Below are positions 29,732-41,400 of a DNA stretch of 64,000 nt, one piece after another (the first letter of the stretch is position 1; every line of letters starts with the position of its first letter). The position numbers and the translations under genes were made by a program. Where the stretch lies: contig DATKAB010000161.1 of assembly GCA_035498555.1 (NCBI GenBank), positions 2,794 to 66,793 of the forward strand. Reading direction: 5' to 3'. A model generated the notes under the pieces. It was not told the origin of the DNA. It searched no databases and saw only the letters and a list, made by a program, of their open reading frames with translations. The DNA comes from Candidatus Sulfotelmatobacter sp. (GTDB lineage Bacteria; Eisenbacteria; RBG-16-71-46).

Positions 29732-31116
29732 ACAACGAAATTCTTGAGGCGCTCAGTCAGATCACGCGCGAAAAGAGCGTGGATCGGGCGCTTCTGATCG
29801 AGACGCTCGAGGCCGGGCTGGCCAGCGCCGTGCGCAAGAAGCACGGTGCGACCGCCGACGTCGAGGTCAAGTTCTCGAATGACACCGGCTCGATCACGGT
29901 GGCGATCAAGAAGACCGTCGCCGAGACCGTCGAGGATCCGGCCCTGCAGATGACGCTCGAGGAGGCAAGGGCCAATCGGCCTGCCGCCGCGGTCGGCGAC
30001 GTGATCGTGATTCCTCTGCCGATCGCCGAGTTCGGGCGCAACGCGATTCTCGCCGCCAAGCAGGTGTTGATTCAGCGCGTGCGCGAGGCCGAGCGCGAGC
30101 GCGTGTATCGCGAGTACTCCGACAAGATCGGCACGCTGGTGCGCGGCGTGGTCCAGCAGGTGGACCGCGGCAACGTGATCGTCAAGCTCGATCATTCCGA
30201 GGGGTTCCTGCCGGCGCGCGAGCAGATTCCCCGCTCGTACCACCGCCAGGGCGATTACGTGCGCGCGGTGGTGCACAGTGTGGACAAGCTGGCCAAAGGT
30301 CCGCAGGTGATCCTGTCGCGCACGCAGCCGGATTTCCTGCGCCGCCTGTTCGAGTCCGAGGTGCCCGAGATCGCCGACGCCATCGTCGAGATCAAGGCGG
30401 TGGCGCGGGAGGCCGGCGCCCGTTCCAAGATCTCCGTGTATTCGCACGATCCGCGAGTGGACGCGGTCGGTTCGTGCGTGGGGCTCAAGGGTTCGCGCGT
30501 TCAGAGCATCGTGCGCGAGCTGGGCGGCGAGCGCATCGACATCGTGCCGTGGTCCCAGGATCCTGCGGTGTTCGTGTCGCGCGCGCTGGCGCCGGCCAAG
30601 GTGATGGACGTCAAGGTGCGCGAGGCCGAGAAGCGCATGATCGTGGTGGTCGCCGACGATCAGCTGTCGCTCGCCATTGGCAAGGGCGGACAGAACGCTC
30701 GACTGGCCGCGCGGCTCACCGGCTGGAAGATCGACCTGATCTCGAAGAGCGAGGAGAAGAAGCGGCTCGAGCTGGAACGCGCGAGTCGCGTCGAGATCGA
30801 AAAGCTCGAGCTGGGCGAAGCCACCACCGAGAAGCTGATCTCGGCGGGCATCGAAACGGTCCAGGAGCTGCTCGCCAAACCGCTCGAGACGCTGGTCGAG
30901 ATTCCGGGCATTGGCGAGAAGACCGCCGAAAAGCTGATCGCGACCGCGCAGGAGTATCTGGCCGCACATCCGCCGGCACCGCCGGAGGCGCCGAAGCAGG
31001 ACATGGAATTCACGCCGGAGATGGAAGCGGCGCCCGATGCAGCCCCCCCGGCAACCACGGAAGAGGCGGCCGCGGCCGAGACGGCCGGATTGAATCACGG
31101 AGAACCGAGTGCCTAG
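29728..31116 (+). CDS. nusA: transcription termination/antitermination factor NusA
   Basis: ATGA overlap with rimP; S1 and KH domains, GxxG (IGKGGQN), C-terminal HhH acidic repeat. Confidence 0.9.
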   Translation: MNNEILEALSQITREKSVDRALLIETLEAGLASAVRKKHGATADVEVKFSNDTGSITVAIKKTVAETVEDPALQMTLEEARANRPAAAVGDVIVIPLPIAEFGRNAILAAKQVLIQRVREAERERVYREYSDKIGTLVRGVVQQVDRGNVIVKLDHSEGFLPAREQIPRSYHRQGDYVRAVVHSVDKLAKGPQVILSRTQPDFLRRLFESEVPEIADAIVEIKAVAREAGARSKISVYSHDPRVDAVGSCVGLKGSRVQSIVRELGGERIDIVPWSQDPAVFVSRALAPAKVMDVKVREAEKRMIVVVADDQLSLAIGKGGQNARLAARLTGWKIDLISKSEEKKRLELERASRVEIEKLELGEATTEKLISAGIETVQELLAKPLETLVEIPGIGEKTAEKLIATAQEYLAAHPPAPPEAPKQDMEFTPEMEAAPDAAPPATTEEAAAAETAGLNHGEPSA

Positions 31117-33415
31117 CGCCACCCCTCCCAAGAAGCAGCGGGTCTACGAAGTCGCCAAAGACCTCGGCATGTCCAGCGAGGCCGTACTGCAGATCGTGCG
31201 GCGCATGGGCGTCGAGGTGAAGAATCACATGAGCACGCTCAGCACCGAGGCGGTCGAGAAGGTGCAGGCGGAGATGGCTCACGAACGCACCGCGGTGCGC
31301 GAAGAGCAGGCGCGCAAGCACGAGCAGGAGCTGCAGCGCGCCCGCGAGGAGCGTGCCCGCGCCGCCGCGCAGGCCGCCGCCGCCGTCGCCGCGCAGGCGG
31401 CCGCCGCGCCCGCCGCGCCGGCGCGCCCGGCTCCGCTCCGGCCGGCGCCGACCCTGCCCGCGCGACCCACCGGTCCCGCGCCGCGGCCGCTCGAGCCCCG
31501 CGGCTTTCGCCGGCGCGATCGCAAGAAGAAGAAAGTGGTCGACGAGAAGCTCGTCATCGAGAGCGTTCGCAAGACCCTCGCCAGCCTCGATACCGGACAG
31601 GCGCGCCGGCGTCATCGCCGTCGTGACGAGGAAGGCGAGGGAGCCGGCGCCGAGGCGGCGCGCGTCATCCACGCCACCGAGTTCATCACCGTGGCCGAGC
31701 TCGCGAACCTGATGGAAGTGAAGCCGCAGGAAGTCATCACCACCGCCATGCGGATGGGCGTGATGGCCACCATGAACAAGCGGCTCGACAAAGACACCAT
31801 CGAAGCGGTGGCCGATGAGTTCGGCTACGGTGTCGAGTTCGAGGCCGAGTACGGCACGGTCGAATCCGAAGCGCCCGCCGAGGTCGAAGAGGGCGAGCGG
31901 CTGCCCCGGGCGCCGGTGGTCACGATCATGGGCCACGTGGATCACGGCAAGACCTCGCTGCTCGACTACATCCGCAAGACCAACGTGATCGCGGGCGAGG
32001 CCGGCGGCATCACCCAGCACATCGGCGCCTACGAGGTCGAGCTCCAGGATGGCCACAAGATCACCTTCCTCGACACGCCCGGCCACGAGGCGTTCACCGC
32101 GATGCGCGCACGCGGCGCGCAGGTGACCGACGTGGTGGTGCTGGTGGTGGCGGCCGACGATCGCGTGATGCCGCAGACCATCGAGGCCATCGATCATGCC
32201 AAGGCCGCCAACGTTCCGATCGTGGTGGCGATCAACAAGATCGATCTGCCGACCGCCAAGCCCGATCTGGTGAGGCAGGAGCTGGCGACCCACGGCGTGG
32301 TGGTCGAAGCCTATGGCGGCAAGACCGTGGCCGCCGACATCTCCGCCAAGCGCGGCACCAACGTGGACAAGCTGCTCGAGCTGATCCTGCTGCAGGCCGA
32401 GCTGCTCGATCTCAAGGCCGATCCCGTGCGGCGGGCGAAGGGCGTGGTGCTCGAGGCCCGGGTCGAACAGGGCCGCGGCGTGGTGACCAGCGTGCTGGTG
32501 CAGCAGGGAACGCTGCGCGTCGGCGACGCCTTCGTCGCCGGCCAGCACTCCGGTCGCGTGCGCGCGATGTTCGACGAGCGCGGCCGCACGGTGAAGCAGG
32601 CGGGGCCCTCGACGCCGGTCGAGGTGCTGGGCTGGAGCGGGACGCCCGCGGCCGGCGACACGTTCGTGGCCTTCCTCGACGAGCGCGAGGCGCGCGAAAT
32701 CGCCGCCAAACGACAGGCGCTGCATCGCGAGCAGGAGTTCCGCGCGGCCAAGGCGATTTCGCTGACGGAATTCCACTCGCGCATGGCCCAGGGCGAGACC
32801 AACGAGCTCAAGCTGGTGATCAAGGGCGACGTGGACGGCTCGGTCGAGGCGCTGTCCGAGGCGCTCACCCGCCTCAGCACCTCCGAGGTCTCGGTGCGCA
32901 TCATCCGCCAGGCAGTCGGGCAGATCAGCGAATCGGACGTGCTGCTGGCCGCCGCCTCGTCGGCGATCATCGTCGGCTTCCATACGCGGCCCGACGCGCG
33001 GGCGCGCGAGCTCGCCGAGCGCGAACGCGTCGAGATCCGGTTCTACGACATCATCTACAAGGCCGTGGACGAGGTGAAGCAGGCGCTCGAAGGCCTGCTC
33101 AAGCCCGAACTCAAGGAAGTCGTGCTGGGAGCGGCCGAGGTGCGCCAGGTGTTCAAGCTGTCCAAGTCCGGCACCGTGGCCGGCTCGATGGTGACTTCGG
33201 GCACGATTCCGCGCACCGGAAAGGTCCGGCTGATCCGCGGCGGCGAAACGGTGTGGACCGGCCGTATTCAGGCATTGCGCCGCTTCAAGGACGACGTGCG
33301 CGAGGTGTCCAGCGGCTTCGAGTGTGGCATCACCCTCGAGGGCTGGCAGGATCTCAAGGTGGGCGACGTGATCGAGGCGTTCACCATCGAGGAGATGGCC
33401 CGGACGCTCGGCTGA
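31109..33415 (+). CDS. infB: translation initiation factor IF-2
   Basis: G-domain [25 protein letters not shown]; Ala/Pro/Arg-rich N-terminal linker; 768 aa. Confidence 0.95.
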   Translation: MPSATPPKKQRVYEVAKDLGMSSEAVLQIVRRMGVEVKNHMSTLSTEAVEKVQAEMAHERTAVREEQARKHEQELQRAREERARAAAQAAAAVAAQAAAAPAAPARPAPLRPAPTLPARPTGPAPRPLEPRGFRRRDRKKKKVVDEKLVIESVRKTLASLDTGQARRRHRRRDEEGEGAGAEAARVIHATEFITVAELANLMEVKPQEVITTAMRMGVMATMNKRLDKDTIEAVADEFGYGVEFEAEYGTVESEAPAEVEEGERLPRAPVVTIMGHVDHGKTSLLDYIRKTNVIAGEAGGITQHIGAYEVELQDGHKITFLDTPGHEAFTAMRARGAQVTDVVVLVVAADDRVMPQTIEAIDHAKAANVPIVVAINKIDLPTAKPDLVRQELATHGVVVEAYGGKTVAADISAKRGTNVDKLLELILLQAELLDLKADPVRRAKGVVLEARVEQGRGVVTSVLVQQGTLRVGDAFVAGQHSGRVRAMFDERGRTVKQAGPSTPVEVLGWSGTPAAGDTFVAFLDEREAREIAAKRQALHREQEFRAAKAISLTEFHSRMAQGETNELKLVIKGDVDGSVEALSEALTRLSTSEVSVRIIRQAVGQISESDVLLAAASSAIIVGFHTRPDARARELAERERVEIRFYDIIYKAVDEVKQALEGLLKPELKEVVLGAAEVRQVFKLSKSGTVAGSMVTSGTIPRTGKVRLIRGGETVWTGRIQALRRFKDDVREVSSGFECGITLEGWQDLKVGDVIEAFTIEEMARTLG

Positions 33416-33468
33416 TCCCCCTCGAGGTGGTCGGCCCCGTTCGGCCCGGCTCCGTCCCCGTCGTCGCC

Positions 33469-33750
33469 ATGTACGTCGGCATCGTCCGAATCGAACTGCA
33501 CCTCCCCGGCAGCCAGTCGCTCAAGGACAAGCGTTCGATCGTGCGGGGGCTCAAGGACCGGATTCGTTCGCGCGTCTCGGCTGCGGTGGCCGAGGTGGAC
33601 CATCAGGATCTCTGGCAGCGCGCGGCGCTCGGCGTCGCGGTCGTGTCGGGCGATGCGCATCACCTTCACGAGTTGCTCGACTCCGTGCGGCGATTGGTGG
33701 AAGCCACCCACGGCGCAGAGTTGATCGAGTGGCAGGAGCAGGAAGCATGA
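33469..33750 (+). CDS. DUF503 (YlxP-like) protein
   Basis: [22 protein letters not shown]..., conserved infB-DUF503-rbfA arrangement. Confidence 0.65.
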   Translation: MYVGIVRIELHLPGSQSLKDKRSIVRGLKDRIRSRVSAAVAEVDHQDLWQRAALGVAVVSGDAHHLHELLDSVRRLVEATHGAELIEWQEQEA

Positions 33751-34121
33751 GAATTCGACCCGAACGCGTCGGTCACATGATGCAGCGCGAGATCGCCGAC
33801 ATCCTGGCGAACAAGCTCCGCGATCCGCGGCTCGGCGCGATGGTGAGCGTGACCGACGTCGAGGTCACCCCCGACCTCTCGTTCGCGCGCGTTTTCGTGA
33901 GCATCCTGCCGCAGGATCAGCAGCGCGACCGAGTGCTCGAGGGCCTGCAGAACGCCGCGGGGTTCGTCCGGCGCGAGCTGGCGCCGCGACTCGGATTGCG
34001 CGAAGTGCCCGAACTTCGATTCCTGCTCGATACCTCGAGTGAGCGCGGCGCGCGCGTGGAGGATCTGCTGCGGCGCCTGTCGAAGGGTGAGAACATCCAG
34101 GACGAGGAGGAGGAGTCGTGA
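33747..34121 (+). CDS. rbfA: ribosome-binding factor A
   Basis: [14 protein letters not shown]...[20 protein letters not shown]. Confidence 0.85.
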   Translation: MRIRPERVGHMMQREIADILANKLRDPRLGAMVSVTDVEVTPDLSFARVFVSILPQDQQRDRVLEGLQNAAGFVRRELAPRLGLREVPELRFLLDTSSERGARVEDLLRRLSKGENIQDEEEES

Positions 34122-35116
34122 CCGTGGCGGCGCCGCGAGTCCCGGCCGCCGATCGCTCGGCGAGCCCCCTGACCTCGGGACTGCTGGTGGTGGACAAGCC
34201 CGCCGGACCGACCTCGCACGATGTAGTGGAGCTGGTGCGCCGGCGCCTGCGCGCGCCGGGGGCGGGGCACGTCGGCACGCTCGATCCCGCCGCCACCGGC
34301 CTGCTGCTGGTGGCGGTCGGGGCGGCGACCCGCTGCGTGCCGGTCTGGCAGCGCGGGCTCAAGACCTACGAGGCGGCGATCCGCTTCGGGCTCGAGACCT
34401 CGACCCAGGATCTCGGCGGCGAGGTGATCGCGCGCGGCGGATCGATTCCCGACGAGGCCGCGATCCGCGCGGCCTCACGCGAGTTCGTGGGCGACCTGGA
34501 GCAGCTGCCGCCGATGGTCTCGGCGGTCAAGGTGGGCGGCCGCCGGCTGCACGAGCTGGCCCGCGAGGGGCGCACTGCCGAGCGGCGCGCGCGCCGGGTC
34601 CGCGTGGAGGATTGGAGCTGGCTCGAATTCTCGGCCGCCACCGCGCGCTGCCGCATTCGCTGCTCGGGCGGCACCTACGTGAGGACGCTGGCGCACGATC
34701 TCGGCCAGAAGCTCGGCTGCGGCGCGGCGATCGCGGCTCTTCGCCGGCTCGCGAGCGAGCCGTTCGACTTGTCTCGAGCGGTGACGATCGACGAGCTGCG
34801 CTCGCTCGACACTCAGGCCATCTGGGAACGCGCCGGCATTCCGCTCACCGAGTCGCTCGCGCACTTGCCCTCGCTCTCGCTCACCGCCGAGGAAGCGACG
34901 CGAGTCGGACATGGCAATCCAGTTCTCCGTCCCGGGATCGCCATCGCCGAGCCCGGAGAACGCCTGAGCCTCTTGCTCTGCGACGCCTCCGGCATGCCGC
35001 TGGCGCTGGCCGCCGCACGCTCCGATCCCCACGACTCCCGACTCGGCTGGGTGCAGCCCGACCTGGTCTTTCCCTGGGCGGTGCGGGAGGGACCTCCGAA
35101 GGCGGGACGCGCGTGA
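34118..35116 (+). CDS. truB: tRNA pseudouridine(55) synthase
   Basis: GLLVVDKPAGPTSHDVV, catalytic Asp motif GHVGTLDPAATG. Confidence 0.9.
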   Translation: MTVAAPRVPAADRSASPLTSGLLVVDKPAGPTSHDVVELVRRRLRAPGAGHVGTLDPAATGLLLVAVGAATRCVPVWQRGLKTYEAAIRFGLETSTQDLGGEVIARGGSIPDEAAIRAASREFVGDLEQLPPMVSAVKVGGRRLHELAREGRTAERRARRVRVEDWSWLEFSAATARCRIRCSGGTYVRTLAHDLGQKLGCGAAIAALRRLASEPFDLSRAVTIDELRSLDTQAIWERAGIPLTESLAHLPSLSLTAEEATRVGHGNPVLRPGIAIAEPGERLSLLLCDASGMPLALAAARSDPHDSRLGWVQPDLVFPWAVREGPPKAGRA

Positions 35117-36015
35117 GCGCCGTCGTGACCGTCGGCGTGTTCGATGGCCTTCATCTCGGGCATCGCCAGATCCTTGAGCGGGCCCTGGCGCGACGGCGTG
35201 GCGATCGCTGCGTGGTGGTGAGCTTCGATCCGCATCCCGATCTGGTGCTCTCCAAACACTTCCATGCCGAGCCGCCCCTGACACCGCTGGCGGAGAAGCG
35301 CGCCCGGCTGAACGCCATGGGCGTGGATACGCTCGACGTCATCCCCTTCACCCGCGAGCTGGCGGCGCTGCCGCCCGAGCGCTTCGTCGCCGAATACCTG
35401 ATCTCGCCTCACGGAATGCGCGCGCTGGTGGTGGGGGAGAACTTCGCGCTCGGCAAGGGCCGCGCCGGCAACGTCGGCTGGCTGCGCGAGCATGGCGCGC
35501 GCGAGGGCTTCGAGGTCGAAGCCGTGCCGTTGCTCGAACTGGAAGGAGCGCCGGTCACCAGCACGCGCATTCGCGGCCTGCTGGCCGAAGGGCGCGTCGC
35601 GGACGCCGCCCGGTTGCTGGGACGCCGCTATTCGCTGTCCGGACGCGTGGTGAAGGGCCGCTCGGTGGGACGAACGCTCGGCTTTCCCACCGCCAACCTG
35701 CAGCTCCACGCCGAGAAGCTCGTTCCCGCTCATGGGATCTATGCGGTGTGGGCGCGCCCCGAGGGCGAGCGCGAGCCGTCGATGGGCGCGATGAGCATCG
35801 GCGTTCGCCCGACGTTCGGCGAAAGCGAGCGGACGCTCGAGGTGTTCCTGCTCGACTGGGATGGCGACCTCGGGGGCCGCGACCTGGACGTGGAGTTCGC
35901 CCACTGGCTGAGGCCCGAGCAGCGGTTCGACTCGCCCGCGGCCCTGTCGGAAGCGATGGCGCGCGACGTCGCCGCGACTCGCCGGCTGCTCGATGCCCAG
36001 ACCTCACGGCGCTGA
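35113..36015 (+). CDS. ribF: bifunctional riboflavin kinase / FMN adenylyltransferase
   Basis: GTGA overlap with truB; VTVGVFDGLHLGH (FAD synthetase), riboflavin kinase motifs GFPTAN, EVFLLDWDGDLGG. Confidence 0.9.
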   Translation: MSAVVTVGVFDGLHLGHRQILERALARRRGDRCVVVSFDPHPDLVLSKHFHAEPPLTPLAEKRARLNAMGVDTLDVIPFTRELAALPPERFVAEYLISPHGMRALVVGENFALGKGRAGNVGWLREHGAREGFEVEAVPLLELEGAPVTSTRIRGLLAEGRVADAARLLGRRYSLSGRVVKGRSVGRTLGFPTANLQLHAEKLVPAHGIYAVWARPEGEREPSMGAMSIGVRPTFGESERTLEVFLLDWDGDLGGRDLDVEFAHWLRPEQRFDSPAALSEAMARDVAATRRLLDAQTSRR

Positions 36016-36175
36016 ACGGACCGGTCCGGCTGGCCCGCTTGTCGGGCATCGTCGTCGGGTGTTACAGTGCCGGCTCGCCCTGAACATGGGTGCACCTGAT
36101 CACGCTCCGCCACCCGAGAGCTTGCACTCGGTGGCCCGGGCCCGCAGTTGACCCACCATGCAGGAGGTGACTTCT

Positions 36176-36445
36176 GTGACGCTCTCCAAGGAGCAGAAGC
36201 AGGGGATCATCGGTAAGTACAAGATTCACGAGGGGGATTCGGGTTCCCCGGAAGTCCAGATCGCGCTGCTCACCGAGAAAATTCACTACCTCACCGAGCA
36301 CTTCAAGGTTCACAAGCGCGATCACGCTTCGCGTCGCGGTCTGCTGAGGATGGTGGGCCAGCGCCGGAGGCTGCTGGATTACCTGAAGGCCACCAAGGTC
36401 GATCGGTACCGCAAGGTCGTCAAGGAACTCGGACTGCGCCGCTAG
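36176..36445 (+). CDS. rpsO: 30S ribosomal protein S15
   Basis: [13 protein letters not shown]...[15 protein letters not shown]; GTG about 36176, 8 nt after AGGAGG, gives an 89-aa product (track ATG 36158 overlaps the SD). Confidence 0.9.
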   Translation: MTLSKEQKQGIIGKYKIHEGDSGSPEVQIALLTEKIHYLTEHFKVHKRDHASRRGLLRMVGQRRRLLDYLKATKVDRYRKVVKELGLRR

Positions 36446-36616
36446 GCGCGGTCCGCGATGAGGAGCGCCAGGGAAGCCCCCACACGGGGGGCGTCGCGCT
36501 CCAGCGCGCGGGATCGTGCGTTCCCGCAGCCGCCCACCGGCCCTTCGCTTGGCCGGCGTGCGCGGAGTGGGTCCGGCGGGTGCCGGGCCTGAAGGCGAGA
36601 GGACAGGACACTTCGA

Positions 36617-38803
36617 ATGGAACAGCGAGTTTCGTTGGAACTGGGCGGGCAGACGCTCACCCTCAGCACTGGAAAGTGGGCGAAGCTGGCCGGCGGCTCG
36701 GCCGTCGTGCAGCTCGGAGGCACCGTGGTGCTGGTGGCCGCGAGCGCGGCCAAGAACGCCAAGCCCGGATTGGATTTCGTACCCCTGACCGTGGACTACC
36801 GCGAGCGCACCTATGCCGCCGGCAAGATCCCCGGGGGATTTTTCAAGCGCGAAGGCCGCCCCACCGAGAAGGAGACGCTCAGCTCGCGCCTGATCGACCG
36901 GCCGGTCCGGCCGCTCTTCTCGAAGCAGTTTCCCTACGAGACCCAGATCATGGCGACGGTGGTCTCGTCGGATCAGGAGAATGACGCCGACGTACTGGCG
37001 CTGATCGGCGCCTCGGCCGCGCTGACGCTCTCCGACATTCCCTTTCCAGAGCCCCTGGCGGGCGTGCGGGTCGGCCGCGTCAATGGCGAGCTGACCGTCA
37101 ATCCCACCTTCTCGCAGCTGGGCGAGAGCGACCTCGACATGGTGGTGGCCGGCACCGCCGACAACATCATCATGGTCGAGGGCGGATGCCGCGAGATCCC
37201 CGAGAGCGTGCTGGTCGAGGCGCTCCAGTTTGCGATGAAGCACATTCGCGACATCGTCAACCTGCAGCACCAGCTGCTGGCCGGGCGCGCCAAGGCGAAG
37301 CGGCCGCTGGTCGAGAAGGTCGACGTCTCCGAGCTGGAGAGCGAGCTCAAGTCGCGCTACAACGAGCGGCTGAAGGCGGCGATCCGCATCCCGGGCAAGG
37401 AAATGCGCCAGGAGGAGATCGACACGATCGGCACCGAGGCCACGGCCAGCCTCACCGAGAAATACGGTGACCAGGCGGTCTTCATCGGCAAGATCCTGCA
37501 CGACCTCGAGCGCGACCTGCTGCGCGCCATGATCCTCGACGAAGGGGTGCGTGCCGACGGCCGCGGGCCGGACCAGATCCGCCCGATCACGATCGAGGTC
37601 GGGGTGCTGCCCCGCACCCACGGCTCCTGCCTGTTCACGCGCGGCGAGACCCAGGCGTTGGTGGTGACCACGCTCGGCACCAAGAGCGACGAACAGCGCA
37701 TCGAGGAGCTCGAAGGCCAGTCATGGAAGTCGTACATGCTGCATTACAACTTCCCGCCCTTCAGCGTCGGCGAGGTGCGTCCGATCCGCGGCCCCGGCCG
37801 GCGCGAAATCGGCCACGGCGCGCTGGCCGAGCGCTCGATCGAGCCGGTGATCCCGACCGATGCCAACTTCCCCTACACCATCCGCGTGGTCAGCGACATC
37901 CTCGAGTCCAACGGGTCATCGTCGATGGCGTCGGTGTGCGGCGGCTCGATGGCGCTGATGGACGCCGGCGTGCCGATCAAGGCGCCGGTCGCCGGCATCG
38001 CGATGGGGCTGATCAAGGAGGGCGAGAAGATCGCGGTGCTCACCGACATCCTGGGCGTCGAGGACCACCTCGGCGACATGGACTTCAAGGTGACCGGCAC
38101 GCACGACGGCGTCACCGCCTTCCAGATGGACACCAAGATCGGCGGCATCTCGTTCCAGGTGATGACCGACGCCCTCGAGCGCGCGCGGCAGGGGCGGCTC
38201 CACATCCTCGGCAAGATGGAGGCGACGCTGCCGGCGCCGCGCGCCGAGATGTCGCCGTTCGCGCCGCGCATCATCATCATGCACATCCATCCCGACAAGA
38301 TCCGCGAGGTCATCGGGCCGGGCGGCAAGATCATCAAGCGCATCACCGAAGAGACCGGCACTCAGATCGACATCGAGGACAGCGGCGAGGTGCGGATCGC
38401 GGCGGTGAACGGCGAAGGTGGCCGTCGCGCCGAGGAAATGATCCGCAACATCACCGAGGATCCCGAGGTTGGTCGCGTCTATCAGGGCCGGGTGCGCAGC
38501 GTGGTCACGTTCGGGGCCTTCGTCGAGATCGTCCCGGGCCGCGACGGCCTGCTACACATCTCGGAGATCGATCATCATCGCGTCGCCAAGACCGAAGACG
38601 TGCTGAACGTCGGCGATCTGGTGATGGTCAAGGTCATCGACGTGGATCGCGACGGCAAGATTCGCCTGTCGCGCAAGGCGCTGTTGCCGGTTCCCGAGGG
38701 CGTGACGGTCGGGGCCGGTGATCGCGAGCACCACGATCGGGGCCGGGACCGCGACCGGGATCGAGGGCGCGATCGGGATCGCGACCGCGGCCGGCGGCGG
38801 TGA
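36617..38803 (+). CDS. pnp: polynucleotide phosphorylase with C-terminal Arg-Asp repeat tail
   Basis: Two RNase PH domains, KH and S1 domains ([32 protein letters not shown]); tail [24 protein letters not shown] encoded by a short tandem codon repeat. Confidence 0.95.
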   Translation: MEQRVSLELGGQTLTLSTGKWAKLAGGSAVVQLGGTVVLVAASAAKNAKPGLDFVPLTVDYRERTYAAGKIPGGFFKREGRPTEKETLSSRLIDRPVRPLFSKQFPYETQIMATVVSSDQENDADVLALIGASAALTLSDIPFPEPLAGVRVGRVNGELTVNPTFSQLGESDLDMVVAGTADNIIMVEGGCREIPESVLVEALQFAMKHIRDIVNLQHQLLAGRAKAKRPLVEKVDVSELESELKSRYNERLKAAIRIPGKEMRQEEIDTIGTEATASLTEKYGDQAVFIGKILHDLERDLLRAMILDEGVRADGRGPDQIRPITIEVGVLPRTHGSCLFTRGETQALVVTTLGTKSDEQRIEELEGQSWKSYMLHYNFPPFSVGEVRPIRGPGRREIGHGALAERSIEPVIPTDANFPYTIRVVSDILESNGSSSMASVCGGSMALMDAGVPIKAPVAGIAMGLIKEGEKIAVLTDILGVEDHLGDMDFKVTGTHDGVTAFQMDTKIGGISFQVMTDALERARQGRLHILGKMEATLPAPRAEMSPFAPRIIIMHIHPDKIREVIGPGGKIIKRITEETGTQIDIEDSGEVRIAAVNGEGGRRAEEMIRNITEDPEVGRVYQGRVRSVVTFGAFVEIVPGRDGLLHISEIDHHRVAKTEDVLNVGDLVMVKVIDVDRDGKIRLSRKALLPVPEGVTVGAGDREHHDRGRDRDRDRGRDRDRDRGRRR

Positions 38804-38864
38804 ACCCGCGCGGCCGCCGCTGACCGAAGGCCGCGCTGCGGAACATCGTCTCAGCGACATCCGG

Positions 38865-38892
38865 GTGGCAGGGCGACCTGCCACTCGCCGTT
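38865..38892 (+). terminator. hairpin downstream of pnp (GTGGCAGG/CCTGCCAC stem, GCGA loop, weak U-tract)
   Basis: gtggcagggcgacctgccactcgccgttt read directly, 60 nt after pnp stop. Confidence 0.45.
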
Positions 38893-38941
38893 TGGAGCCG
38901 CGAGGGAGCGGATTCTGGAAGAGAGCTATCGCAAGAGTCGC

Positions 38942-40192
38942 ATGACCTCAGGGCTCACCCTGGTCAGCGAAACCATGCCGCACCGGCGGTCGGTCGCGAT
39001 CGGCGTGTGGTTGCGCACCGGCGCGCGCGACGAGCCCGTCGAGCGCCTCGGCATCACGCATTTCCTCGAACACATGATGTTCAAGGGCACCGCCCGTCGC
39101 GACGCCCGGGCCATCGCCCGCAGCCTCGAATCGGTGGGCGGCCACCTCGACGCGTTCACCGGGCGCGAGCAGGTGTGCTACTACGCGCGCTGCCTGGTCG
39201 AGCACCTGCCGACCGCGGTGGACGTGCTGGCCGACATCGTCTGCCACTCGCGCTTCGCCGAGCACGAGCTCGAGCGTGAGAAGTCGGTGGTGCGCGAAGA
39301 GATCTTCTCATGCGAGGACAATCCCGAAGACAAGGTCAACGATCTCCACGCCGAGCAGATCTGGGGAGATCACCCGCTCGGCCGCCCGATCCTCGGCCGC
39401 GTCGAGACCGTCGACGCGCTGACGCGGCCGGCGCTCAGCGACTACTTCCAGCGCCGCTACCGGGCCGATCATCTGGTGATCACCGCAACCGGCGCGATTC
39501 AGCACGATCAGTTGCTCGAGCTGATCACGAAACACTTCGATCCGCCCGAAGGGGAACCCCTGCCGCTCTCGCCGCCGCCGCTCGGGTTCTCGGCCTCGGT
39601 GCGGCACGAAGTGCGCGACGACTTGCAGCAGCTCTATCTGACGCTCGGGACGCGCGGGCTCGCCTACACCGATGCCGAGCGCTATCCGCTGGTCGCCCTC
39701 AACGCGCTGCTCGGCGGCGGCATGAGCTCGCGACTGTTCCAGAGCGTGCGTGAGGAGGCCGGGCTCGCCTACTCCGTGTATTCGACGGTGGACTTCCACC
39801 GCGATGGCGGTTTGTTCGGCATCCAGCTCGGGGTGGCCCCCGATCGCGGCCGTGAAGCGCTGGCGCGGGTTCGCCACGAGCTGACCGCGCTGGTGAGCGA
39901 CGGGCCGACCGAAGAGGAAGTGGACGCCGCGATCGCCCAGCTCTGCGGAAGCGTGCTGATGGGGCAGGAGAGCGTGTCGAACCGGATGTATCACCTGGCG
40001 CACGAGGAGATCTACCGCGGGCACTACACGCCGCCCGAAGAGCAGGTGGCGAGGATCCGCGCCGTGACGCCGGCCCAGGTGCGCGCCGTGGCGGCTCGAT
40101 TTCTGCCGCCGGGCGGATTCGCGCTGACCGCGCTCGGTCCGGCCGCGGGGGCGCCGCTCAGCGAACAGGACTGGCGGATCGACGCCGCCTAG
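38942..40192 (+). CDS. M16-family (pitrilysin/insulinase-like) zinc peptidase
   Basis: Inverted zinc motif HFLEHMMFKGT, downstream Glu (EQ...E), 416 aa. Confidence 0.85.
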   Translation: MTSGLTLVSETMPHRRSVAIGVWLRTGARDEPVERLGITHFLEHMMFKGTARRDARAIARSLESVGGHLDAFTGREQVCYYARCLVEHLPTAVDVLADIVCHSRFAEHELEREKSVVREEIFSCEDNPEDKVNDLHAEQIWGDHPLGRPILGRVETVDALTRPALSDYFQRRYRADHLVITATGAIQHDQLLELITKHFDPPEGEPLPLSPPPLGFSASVRHEVRDDLQQLYLTLGTRGLAYTDAERYPLVALNALLGGGMSSRLFQSVREEAGLAYSVYSTVDFHRDGGLFGIQLGVAPDRGREALARVRHELTALVSDGPTEEEVDAAIAQLCGSVLMGQESVSNRMYHLAHEEIYRGHYTPPEEQVARIRAVTPAQVRAVAARFLPPGGFALTALGPAAGAPLSEQDWRIDAA

Positions 40193-41400
40193 TAGCTCAT
40201 CCCGGCTTCATTCATCCGCCTCGCGGCTTCGCGCAGGCGATCCTCCGAAACGCAGAGCGCGACGCGAACGTAGCCTTCGCCGGCCTGCCCGAAGCCGCTG
40301 CCCGGAGAGACCACCACGCCGGTCTTGTCCAGCAGCTCGGCGGTGAATTCGAGCGAATTGGAGAATCGCCGCGGAATGGGCAGCCACACGTAGAGGGTGG
40401 CCTTCGGGGTGTGCACCGGATAGCCCAGGGCCCGCATGCCTTCGAGGAAACTGTCACGGCGGCGGCGGTAGGTCGCCGCCGCTTCGCTACAGTAGTCCTG
40501 GGGGCCGGTGAGCACCGCGAGCGCCGCACGCTGGATCGCCATGAACACCCCGAAATCCATGTTGGACTTGATCTGCGTCAACCGCGCCACCGCCTCGGCG
40601 TTGCCCGAGGCGAAGCCTATGCGCCAGCCCTGCATCGAGTAGGACTTCGAGAAGGAATGGAACTCGATCGTGCGCTCCTTCTCCTTGTCGAAGTTGAGGA
40701 AGGATTTCGCCCGATAGGAAGGATCGAGGGACAGATCGCAGTAGGCGATGTCCGAAACCACGAACAGGTCGAAGTCGCGCGCGAAGCGGAGCAGGTCGTG
40801 ATAGAACGCGTCGGTCTCGACCGCACCGGTCGGATTGTTCGGGAAATTCACGCACAGGATCTTCGCGCGCCGCGCCTTGTCGGTCGGAATCGCGGTGAGA
40901 TCGGGAAGGAACTGCCGGCTCTCGAGCAGCGGCACCTCGACCAGATCGGCCTGGGTGAGCGCCGCCACTCCCAGGTACGCGGGATAGCAGGGCGTGCAGA
41001 GCAGCAACGTGTCGCCCGGGTTCACGTGAGCGAACATGAACTTGGCGATGCCTTCCTTGGAGCCCACCAACGCCAGGGTCTCGCGCTCGGGATCGACCGG
41101 CACGCCGAATCGCGTGCGATACCACTGCGACACGCCGGCGCGGAACTCCGGCAGCCCGTTGAACGATGGATAGCGGTGGTTCTGGACCCGTGGGTCGTTG
41201 AGCGCCTCGATCAGGGCGTCGATCGCGCGCTGCGGCGGGCGCAGGTCGGGGTTGCCGACCCCCAGGTCGATCACGTCGACGCCCTGGCGGATCTTGGCGT
41301 CGCGATCCTGGAACACCTTGGCGAGCGCGTAGGGCGGCACGTTCAGCAAGCGGTCCGACGGTGCAAGCAGAGCGTTGACAGGGGATTGGCTCGCCGACAT
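40189..41400 (-). CDS. class I/II PLP-dependent aminotransferase (LL-diaminopimelate/aspartate aminotransferase-like)
   Basis: PLP-lysine region FSKSYSMQGWRIGF, NPTG motif (NFPNNPTGAV); start MSASQSPVN at about 41400 with GGAGG SD; stop overlaps convergent M16 stop. Confidence 0.8.
   Translation of the reverse strand: MSASQSPVNALLAPSDRLLNVPPYALAKVFQDRDAKIRQGVDVIDLGVGNPDLRPPQRAIDALIEALNDPRVQNHRYPSFNGLPEFRAGVSQWYRTRFGVPVDPERETLALVGSKEGIAKFMFAHVNPGDTLLLCTPCYPAYLGVAALTQADLVEVPLLESRQFLPDLTAIPTDKARRAKILCVNFPNNPTGAVETDAFYHDLLRFARDFDLFVVSDIAYCDLSLDPSYRAKSFLNFDKEKERTIEFHSFSKSYSMQGWRIGFASGNAEAVARLTQIKSNMDFGVFMAIQRAALAVLTGPQDYCSEAAATYRRRRDSFLEGMRALGYPVHTPKATLYVWLPIPRRFSNSLEFTAELLDKTGVVVSPGSGFGQAGEGYVRVALCVSEDRLREAARRMNEAGMSY

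Noticed and set aside
3374-36015. Pervasive 4-nt GTGA/ATGA start-stop overlaps (fabH/fabD, sigma/anti-sigma, htrA/aroB, rimP/nusA, rbfA/truB/ribF, EPS genes)
   Set aside because: This is ordinary translational coupling in compact operons. It is noted as evidence for operon structure, not as anomalies.
40189-40192. Overlapping convergent stop codons of the M16 peptidase and the aminotransferase (CTAGTAG)
   Set aside because: This is common compact convergent-gene packing with no functional implication evident.
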